A stretch of 64,000 nt of DNA from Verrucomicrobiota bacterium (lineage in GTDB: Bacteria > Verrucomicrobiota > Verrucomicrobiia > Limisphaerales > JADLHS01), in contig JBDHQI010000003.1 in NCBI GenBank assembly GCA_039806955.1, positions 29,856 to 93,855 on the forward strand, read 5' to 3'. A program made the position numbers and the translations under genes. Within the stretch, counting starts at the first letter, position 1; each line of letters starts with the position of its first letter. The notes below the pieces were generated by a model that made no database searches, had not been told where the DNA came from, and worked only from the letters and a program-made list of their open reading frames with translations. This document shows positions 32,559 to 40,137 of this stretch, piece by piece.

Positions 32559-32909
32559 TTACTTCAGCGGCGCGATTTGAACTTCAGCCTTGCTGACGGC
32601 GTTGGCGCGGAGCGCGGCCTCGTAGCGCGAGTCTTTGGGCGACATCGTGGGGCGCGGCGCATGGGCCAGGTCAATACTCGGACCAGTGCTGGGCACAGAG
32701 CGGAAACTGCGGGCGAGTTCCCACGCTTTGGCGTTTCCTGCCGGGCGGTCCAGCGCCAGATTCACGTCGCTGGTGGCGGCGGGGACTTTCTTGAGCGAAT
32801 CGGCGAGGGCTTTGGCCTTCGGCGAATAGAGGGGTTCACCGGCATTGGCGTTGGCCGCGAGCGTGAACACACCGACAGCGGCAACTGCGAGGAGGATCAT
32901 TTTTTTCAT
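32559..32909 (-). CDS. secreted divergent SPK/AKA-repeat protein with VQIAPLK tail
   Basis: Start moved to ATG 32909 (MKKMILLAVAAVGVFTLAANANA). Degenerate repeats are YSPKAKALADSLKKVP, GNAKAWELARSFRSVP and MSPKDSRYEAALRANA. It ends AEVQIAPLK. Confidence 0.7.
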   Translation of the reverse strand: MKKMILLAVAAVGVFTLAANANAGEPLYSPKAKALADSLKKVPAATSDVNLALDRPAGNAKAWELARSFRSVPSTGPSIDLAHAPRPTMSPKDSRYEAALRANAVSKAEVQIAPLK

Positions 32910-32963
32910 AGCTTTATCTTTCTTTTTGCTGCGGCGTTTTGCCGCTGTTAATTCACATCCTTG

Positions 32964-32988
32964 AATACGCCGGGGGTCAAAGAATCCC
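32964..32988 (-). promoter_or_regulatory. ECF-type promoter candidate GGGATT-N13-CGTATT
   Basis: Minus strand reads TGGAGGGATTCTTTGACCCCCGGCGTATTCAAGG, 55 nt upstream of start 32909. The unit it heads contains the sigma gene 31073-31669. Confidence 0.55.
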
Positions 32989-33080
32989 TCCAAGATTCTT
33001 CAAAAGTGTGAACGCGAGGTAGATTTCTCAACGCAACCCGCAGAAATGCAGCCTAAAATGGAAGAAGACGACCCGAAGAC

Positions 33081-33932
33081 TTATCGCGCTTGGATGCGCT
33101 TTTCCAAGATTACGCGACCGGCCTTTGCATCAATGGTGACGGTGGAAAACCGGGAAAGCAGGCCGTTGCCGAGCAAACCAGCCTCGCCGGGAAAGATTGC
33201 CTTTTCGTGCAAGCCGGTTGGAACGTCGGAAAACTGATTTCCACCAATGCCGACAGATGTTTTGGTCTGAGGAATGGAAATCTCGGCCAAGCCGATGGCC
33301 ATCTGGTGCGTGCATTGGTCGGGCACATCCGAAGTCACCCATTGCAGCGCGGTGGCGCAACCGGTGTCGAGCCGCACCCATTGGCGGTCGTGACCATTTA
33401 CGCTGATCGGCACGCGCATCCCGCAGGAACGCAATTGGAGCGGCAAAGTTTCGCCGGATTGTCCGCCCTTCGGTGATTTCACCAACCGTATCTTCTTCGC
33501 GTCGAAATCAATTTGCACCACGCGCTCGCGAAAGAAATCCGCACCCACCAGTCCGTCCACGGGTCGCTCGCATGAACTGCTCAACTTTTCCAAATCAACC
33601 GCCAGATATTCGCTGGGCAACTTCGTGTCGCCGATTTTGGCGATCATGTGTTGCTGCCAATAGCCGGTGAGCATCGTGTCCACGCCGCGAACCGTGACCT
33701 GTTGTCCCAGCTTCAATCCGATGCGTTTGGCCGTGTCGAGATTGATGACGCTGACGCCCGCGCCGGTATCTACGAGAAAATTGAGCGGCTTCTCCGACTG
33801 CGGGATGACGACTTTGATCCAAAGCAATCCCTCGCGGTATTCAAACGGAAACTCGGTGGGAGAAGTTGCCGCCACTTCGTCGCGAGCAAACGCGACTTGA
33901 ACGGCTAAAATTGAGCACAACAACCAACGCAC
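33081..33932 (-). CDS. secreted two-lobed retropepsin-like aspartic protease
   Basis: Signal peptide MRWLLCSILAVQVAFA. Two catalytic-type motifs, FLVDTGAGVSVI and VRLDTGCATALQW, each sit in a ~120-aa lobe. Confidence 0.75.
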   Translation of the reverse strand: MRWLLCSILAVQVAFARDEVAATSPTEFPFEYREGLLWIKVVIPQSEKPLNFLVDTGAGVSVINLDTAKRIGLKLGQQVTVRGVDTMLTGYWQQHMIAKIGDTKLPSEYLAVDLEKLSSSCERPVDGLVGADFFRERVVQIDFDAKKIRLVKSPKGGQSGETLPLQLRSCGMRVPISVNGHDRQWVRLDTGCATALQWVTSDVPDQCTHQMAIGLAEISIPQTKTSVGIGGNQFSDVPTGLHEKAIFPGEAGLLGNGLLSRFSTVTIDAKAGRVILEKRIQAR

Positions 33933-34454
33933 TCCCGACAGCTTGCAGGAACAATGCCGTCGAAATCAACGGCAACCGATGCCTCAAAACTAAGGGGTTT
34001 CGCAGACAGCTATGAAGCGCGCATGATTTTATGTGTCGCCTTTTGCTCATGCCGTCGAAGATTTGCCATCGTTTTGTGCGACCCGCTCCCGTTGGCCGAA
34101 TCATGTTTTGCGAAAAAGCTTCGGTCGGGAGTTTGACGGCGTGAAGCGGAAGGCGAAGCGGACGGAACGAAATGAGTGAAGCCGCGCAGCCAGAGCGACG
34201 ACGCCAAACTCCCGACGGAAGCGCCGGCGGATGCGTTGCGTGTGGAGAATTCCGCTCGTGACGAGCGCGCGGTTTGTGACGCGGAACGGGCGTCGTCGAG
34301 AGGGGGACAGGGACGACGGGTAGCCCGTGGAGAGGAGCAAGCCGCGCGTTGGTCACGGCGGCTTCCGTCTCCGTGTGAGACGATAATGCAGATTGTCGGC
34401 CTCCGCTCCATCAGATAGCCTTCGGAGAACGCAGCGCACGGAAACCCTTGGCAC

Positions 34455-37400
34455 ATGGACATCTTTGAAGTTCACCGTCGAATTATGGACGATTATGCGA
34501 GCTACATTCGCAGTTTCGTTTCCATTTCTGATGATGAGATGCGCAAGCGGGTCGAGCAGCATCTGAATGACGGGCATCTCTGGCCAGAGCCGCTGCTGAC
34601 ATTCAATCCGTCGTTCGCGAAGGTTGGACGGATTGAAGAACTCGTCGCGTCGAAGGTGTTGGCCGCGCCATTGGGGGATGCGTTTCGTGGCTACGAATTG
34701 TTCGAGCACCAGTTGCAGGCGATCCAGCTTGGCGCGGGCGGCAACGATTTCGTTGTCACCTCCGGCACAGGTTCAGGGAAATCGCTCACTTACATCGCTG
34801 CGATTTTTGATCACTTGTTCAAGTCTGGCAATCCGATGCCGAACGGAGTGACGGCGGTAATCGTTTATCCGTTGAACGCGCTGGTGAATTCACAGGAGGA
34901 GGAGCTTCGCCGTTACGCTGAAAATTACAGCCTGGCACGCGGCGGCGAGAAATTTCCCATTCGCTTTGCGAAATTCACCGGCCAGGAGGACAAAACCCGC
35001 CGTGACGAATTGGAAGCTGAACCGCCGCACATTCTCCTCACGAATTACATGATGCTGGAGTTGCTGCTGACCCGTGGGGGGCAACGAACCTTGCGAGAGG
35101 CAATTTACGATCAGGTTCGCTTTTTAGTTTTTGATGAGCTGCACACCTATCGCGGTCGGCAAGGCGCGGACGTTGGCCTGCTCATTCGCCGGATTCGGGC
35201 GCGGGCAAAACACCCGGTCGTCTGCATCGGCACTTCTGCGACGATGATTTCGGTCGGCACGATTGCGGAACAAAAGCAACAGGTGGCGAAAGTCGCCGAA
35301 CAACTTTTCGGAAAGTCCTTCAATCCCGAAGCCGTCGTTCGTGAAACGCTGGTGGCAAAATTTCCCGGCGCTCCCAAATCGGACGCTTTGAAATCGGCTG
35401 TTGCCACGCCGGTGAACATAAACGCGCCGGAAGCGGCGCTGTTGGCGCACCCGACAGCCGCATGGCTCGAAGCTCTCATCGCCTTGGCCGAGCGCGAAGG
35501 GCAACTGGTTCGCAACAAGCCGTTGCGCTTTTCCGATGTCGTCGCTTTGCTGGCGGATGCAACGGGCCTTTCGCAACCGCAGTGCGATGCTCATCTGCGC
35601 GAAGTTTTGCTTTGGATTGGCGGAACGAACAAGCGCCTGCTCGATTCGGGCAAGCGATACACGCACCTGCCGTTCAAGCTTCATCAGTTTTTTTCTCAAA
35701 CGGGCGCGATCTACGTCACCCTCGACCGGGGAGCGGAACGTCACATTACGTTGCAGGCTGGGTATCATGTCGTCGGCGAACCAGACAGGCCGCTGTTCGC
35801 CGCCGTCTTCAGTCGCTACTCCGGCGAGACGCTCCTTTGCGTCTCGAAAGACCCGGCGGGCCGCAAACTGATGCCGCGTGCATTTTATCCGTCCCAAGAC
35901 GAGGAAGACGACATCACACGAGGCTATCTCATCCCGAACGCCGACTTGTGGAATCCCGAAACTGATTTGGAACTGCTGCCCGATTCCTGGCTGGACATAA
36001 ACTCCTCCGGGCAAATCCGCGTGCAAAAGAAATACAAAGCGCGGATACCGCAACGCATCTATTACGACACCCACGGCAATTGCTCGGATGAACCGCGTGA
36101 GGGCTGGATGCAGGGATGGTTCATGACAGCGCCGTTGCTGTTCGATCCGACTTCGGGACTGATGCCCGACCGTCAGACGAAGGATTCCACCAAGCTCAGT
36201 CAGCTTGGCACTGAAGGTCGCAGCACGGCGACTAGCATTTCTGCTTTCGCGATTCTCACACGAATGGCGGAACATGGCTATCGGCTGCGTGACCAAAAAC
36301 TTCTCAGCTTCACAGACAATCGGCAGGACGCCGCGCTTCAAGCCGGGCACTTCAACGACTTCATGGATGTCGTCCGGCTGCGCTCGGCGATTCGCAAGGC
36401 CGTCGAGATGGCGGAAGGAAAGGAACTCCGCCTCACTACGCTGGGTCGGGCGGTGCGCGTTGCCAGCGGCCTTCGATTTGATGATTACGCGACGGGCGGT
36501 TCGGACCTCCCGGAATTTCGCAAACGCATTTACGAAGAAACACTGGAAAGCTACTTTGCGTTTCGCTCAATCCACGACCTGCGCCGTGGCTGGCGCGTGG
36601 TGCTGCCCAATCTCGAACAATGTGCGCTACTAGAAATTGACTACGACCATCTCGACGAGATTGCCGCGATGGACAAACTCTGGGCGGATGTTCCGGTGTT
36701 CAACCAAATCAGCGCAGGCGACCGCCGTGAGTTGATTCGTGCGACGCTTGATTTCTTCCGGCACGAATTCGCGCTTCATAGCGAATCGTATCTGACGGAA
36801 GCGAAAATCAAGGAACACGCGACGGCCTTCCGCGAACGGCTTCGCGCGCCGTGGCGGTATGAGGATGAAGACGATATTCCGTCGCCCGCTTCGATTCGCA
36901 CCGAATCGCTCGCGCGTTACAGTCGCCGCGAGACGAGGAGCATCGGGCCGCAAAGCGGATACGGAAGGTTTGTGCGTCGTTTCGCGCAAGACAAACTGAA
37001 CCACACATTGAAGGCTGCGGACTACCAGGACTTCATCGAGAAGTTGTTGGCCGCGCTGGAAAACAAAGCCGGTTACTTGACCAGCACGGAAGCTAAAAAT
37101 CGCGAGGGCAAACCAACTCGTCTCTACCAACTGAAACTCACGGAAGTCATTTGGAAGCCCGGCGACGGTCAGACCGTGCGTGCGGACGCAGTGAAGTCGC
37201 GCGCTTACAAAAAGCTCGAACTTCGTCCGAATTCATTTTTTCAGGGCGTTTATCGCCGCGATTACGGCGTCGGAAAGCTGCTGCTCGCCGCCGACCATAC
37301 CGGGCAACTCAACTACAAAGACAAGCAGGATCGCGAGGATCGCTTTCGCGCGGAGTGGAAGACGAAAGATGGTCGCGACGACGAAAGCGAAATCCGTCGC

Positions 37401-37550
37401 CGCTCCATCAGTTCGCTGTTCTGTTCGCCAACAATGGAATTGGGGATAGACATCGGCGGCTTGAGTGTCGTCCACATGCGGAACGCGCCGCCGAATCCGG
37501 CGAACTACGCGCAGCGCAGCGGTCGCGCGGGTCGCAGCGGACAGCCACCG
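34455..37550 (+). pseudogene. SF2 DEAD/DEAH-box helicase of the large defence/repair-associated type, truncated just after motif VI
   Basis: Motif I TSGTGSGKS, Ia VYPLNALVNSQ, II FDELH, III TSATM, VI QRSGRAGRSGQP. Immediately after motif VI (about nt 37545-37555) the frame switches to hydrophobic membrane-protein sequence. No C-terminal domain (for example DUF1998-type) is present. Confidence 0.6.
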
Positions 37551-38048
37551 GAATACATCCACACGCTGCTGAATCCGCTGCCAGTTTATGGATTAAGCAT
37601 GGGTGTGCTGGCTTTGATGGCAGCCTTGTTCACGCGAAGTCGTGCAGCGAAGGGCGTCGCGCTGGGAATCATCATTCTTACATCGGCGGCGGCGTGGCCA
37701 GTTCTGCATTACGGGCAGAATGGTTATCAAAACGTCAGCAACACCAGCGATGAAGAAGGGAGACGCTGGCTGGCGGAACACATGGCGCGCGCGGCAAAGT
37801 TTATCTGGGGATTTTACGCGACCGCGTTGCTCGGTGTTGCCGCGCTGGTCAGTTTGAGAAAATTCCCGAAGGCAGCGAATCCACTGACGGTGACGACGCT
37901 GATTGTGGCCGTGATTTCGCTGGGCGTCGGCGCGTGGGTCAGCCGCGCGGGCGGACAAATTCACCATCCGGAATTTCGCCACGAACCCGCGCCGTTGGAT
38001 TCTTCCTCAGCCAGTGAAGATCATCATTCATCAGAAGCAAACCAATAG
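37551..38048 (+). pseudogene. 3' fragment of a polytopic membrane-protein gene fused in frame to the helicase
   Basis: ..YGLSMGVLALMAALF..GVALGIIILTSAAAWPVLHYG..FIWGFYATALLGVAALVSL..LTVTTLIVAVISLGVGAWV..HHPEFRH.. followed by a stop. It is followed 7 nt later by a multicopper-oxidase 5' stub, so it looks like a piece of a copper locus. Confidence 0.5.
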
Positions 38049-38055
38049 AATTACC

Positions 38056-38220
38056 ATGAAATCAAAACCGTCGAACCGCCGCCCTTTTCAACTGCTCGCC
38101 GCCACAATCCTTGCGCTCTGCGCCCTGCCTGTCGCCGCTGCGACTGTGGAATATCATCTCACCATTGCGGAGAAGGCCGTGAACTTCACGGGCAAGCCGC
38201 GCACCGCCATCGCGGTCACC
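38056..38220 (+). pseudogene. 5' stub of a Tat-exported multicopper oxidase (CopA/CueO-like)
   Basis: MKSKPSNRRPFQLLAATILALCALPVAAATVEYHLTIAEKAVNFTGKPRTAIAV. This shows a twin-Arg signal plus the typical MCO N-terminus. It breaks off near 38220, where the sequence becomes antisense of an integrase-like fragment. Confidence 0.5.
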
Positions 38221-38442
38221 CCACGTGCGGGTTGCGGCTTTGGGGTCGCTTACGGAAAGGTAAGCCCTGGCAATCTGCAAATTGATAATCGGCTGGCGGT
38301 GCGCCTCGTTCCTGGCCTGAAGAAGTTGCTCCGCTTCATCCCGGTCCTTTACGCCAAGCGATTCCTGTTTCCTCGTGAAGTTGTCCTGAACCCAATAAAC
38401 AGAACCACGGAGGAACATCCGAAACTTTTTCTTTACGCTCAT
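38221..38442 (-). pseudogene. N-terminal stub (~74 aa) of a probable tyrosine recombinase/integrase
   Basis: MSVKKKFRMFLRGSVYWVQDNFTRKQESLGVKDRDEAEQLLQARNEAHRQPIINLQIARAYLSVSDPKAATRTW resembles phage/ICE integrase N-termini. The rest of the 126-aa track ORF is antisense of the MCO stub. It lies next to the tRNA-like sequence. Confidence 0.45.
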
Positions 38443-38614
38443 AATTTTTCATTACGAGCTTAGAGCGGTTTCCTCTCGACCAGTCAGAACTGTCTGAGCC
38501 CCTTTTGCCGGTATGGTGCCGGTGTAGTGGCATCGTCAGTTTGTTTGCTGACGATTTTGCTGACAGTTCGCTCGTCAGTCCTCCAAAAACCACTGAAACA
38601 CGCGGGTTTCAGAT

Positions 38615-38689
38615 TGGAGGCGAGGGTCGGAATCGAACAGATGCAGGGAGTTTTTTCAAAATCCACTACTCCGTTACTACCACCCCGCC
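38615..38689 (-). pseudogene. degenerate tRNA-like sequence (GAA-anticodon-like loop, encoded CCA)
   Basis: Minus strand reads GGCGGGGTGGTAGTAACGGAGTAGTGGATTTTGAAAAAACTCCCTGCATCTGTTCGATTCCGACCCTCGCCTCCA (75 nt). The acceptor stem is 7 bp (1 G-U), with a TTCGATT T-loop and a TTGAAAA loop. However, the D-arm does not pair and the T-stem pairs at only 3 of 5 positions. Confidence 0.4.
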
Positions 38690-38994
38690 ACCAGAGGCGA
38701 ACAGCCTCATAACTAACGAACGCCAATAGAATCAGGCGTTTTCGCGTTTGTGTCAAGCACTCGACATCACGCACCAGATACCAAGCAGCTACTCCCCAAT
38801 TACTCATTTATCACCCGTTCACTGGCACTTTCACTGGCACTTCCTTATGCAAAAATGCCCTGTTAATCAGGGCTAAATGGCATTCGCCATCGGTGTGTGT
38901 TTGCTGACGCGACAGGGCATCTGCCGATGAGTTTATCCGCCGTGTTCATCCCGTCTGCACCCGCGCCTCTGGTTGCTCCGCGCAACCTCGCGCC

Positions 38995-39131
38995 AGCGGT
39001 CGAAACATCTTTTCGACCGCTGTCACTTTGTTGCTGATGCTCCGCTGCCCGGCGGCGCGGGCGCAGACGGGTGCGTTTCGTCAGGAGCGGGGCTGCTCTC
39101 TCCGTGCGGTGAAGAGAGCAGTCCCGCTCCT
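38995..39131 (+). other. two long perfect or near-perfect hairpins in the radC leader
   Basis: Hairpin 1: AGCGGTCGAAA (38995-39005) pairs with TTTCGACCGCT (39011-21). Hairpin 2: a ~19-bp stem, 39083-39101 with 39113-39131 (one G-T), and an 11-nt loop, ending 20 nt before the radC ATG. Confidence 0.5.
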
Positions 39132-39150
39132 TCGGAACGAAACGCAAAAC

Positions 39151-39696
39151 ATGAACACAACGGAAAACCTCATCTCCACTGGATGCCCCGCAACCACTCC
39201 GCAGCCCATCAATCAAATCATCAAGCCGGTAAAATTCCCGGCTCAACCGCAGGAATGGAAAATCGTATCACTTCGGGAATGTCCCACACCTGACACAATG
39301 CAACAGTGCGAAACACCGGATCAGGCAGCCGCCTATTGGAAAACGCACATCGCGACACATCCTTACTTCAATTCTGAATGTGAATGTCTGGTGGTGTTCA
39401 TCCTCAACACACGTCGGCGCATCAAGGGTCACTATCTGGTGTCCATTGGAACGATGGATACAATTCTCTGTCATCCCAGGGAAGTATTCCGTTTAGCAAT
39501 CATGGCGAGTGCCGCTGCAATCATCATCGCGCACAATCATCCGAGCGGTGAACCAACTCCGTCCGAAGCGGACATCAAAATCACCCGCGACCTCATCCGA
39601 GCCGGTCAACTTCTTAAAATCGAAGTTCTCGACCACATTGTAATTGGAAATCCCAACCATTCATCGCTCCGCTCCTTGGGTTATTTTTACTCCTAG
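39151..39696 (+). CDS. radC: RadC-like JAB/MPN domain protein
   Basis: Start moved to ATG 39151 (MNTTENL..). JAMM motif is AAIIIAHNHPSGEPTPSEADIKITRDL, followed by LDHIVIG. Confidence 0.85.
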   Translation: MNTTENLISTGCPATTPQPINQIIKPVKFPAQPQEWKIVSLRECPTPDTMQQCETPDQAAAYWKTHIATHPYFNSECECLVVFILNTRRRIKGHYLVSIGTMDTILCHPREVFRLAIMASAAAIIIAHNHPSGEPTPSEADIKITRDLIRAGQLLKIEVLDHIVIGNPNHSSLRSLGYFYS

Positions 39697-39780
39697 CCGA
39701 TCACGGCTTTCCCAAAAAAGGGGAGACCGCTGCTTGATCGAGCAGGTTGGACGACCTTCATTCCGTCCCCGACAGATTTC

Positions 39781-40137
39781 TCATTCCTGGTCTTTTTGAG
39801 CGCGCTTCTCAACATCTTTGGTCTCCGTAACGACAATTTCGACAATCACCGGCTGTCCCTCCGCAATTAGTTTCCGCTGACTGCTGGACAAAGCGGCGAG
39901 GAATGACAATTCCATTCGCTGCATCGTCGTCTCGATTCGGCGCAAGGCGTTGCCGCGAATCAAAACCTCGTGGGTCGCGAAGACCAAACGAAGATGCTGC
40001 TGCTTCGCTTCGGTTTTTAGTTCGGCGAAAGCGAACTGGTCAAACGGCAGCAATAGACTCCGTTCAGCCGACAGTTCGATTTTGACGCCGTGAGCGTTCG
40101 GATCGCTCGACCAACATTCGGGTGTTTTTGTGTTCAT
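39781..40137 (-). CDS. hypothetical protein (mobile-element accessory?)
   Basis: 118-aa ORF with balanced composition. It overlaps the Arg-rich 3' tail of the relaxase-helicase frame by 74 nt. No family recognised. Confidence 0.4.
   Translation of the reverse strand: MNTKTPECWSSDPNAHGVKIELSAERSLLLPFDQFAFAELKTEAKQQHLRLVFATHEVLIRGNALRRIETTMQRMELSFLAALSSSQRKLIAEGQPVIVEIVVTETKDVEKRAQKDQE

Noticed and set aside
33933-34454. Purine-rich 520-bp gap upstream of the helicase as a possible structured ncRNA (for example retron-like) or a small gene (29-codon MSEAAQPERRR.. ORF)
   Set aside because: I could not find convincing long-range pairing, a reverse transcriptase or a conserved motif. It is most simply degraded sequence.
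35124-36350. 408-aa minus-strand ORF
   Set aside because: It is antisense to the helicase, which has clear SF2 motifs. It is Arg-rich.
34455-38048. Reading the 1197-aa ORF as one intact membrane-anchored helicase
   Set aside because: The switch to TM sequence occurs right after motif VI. The adjacent truncated multicopper-oxidase and integrase stubs show this is a recombination scar. I kept it as a low-probability alternative in the findings.
38615-38689. Calling a functional tRNA-Phe
   Set aside because: The D-arm cannot base-pair, the T-stem has two mismatches, and the anticodon stem needs a mismatch or an 8-nt loop. I treated it as tRNA-like/pseudo.
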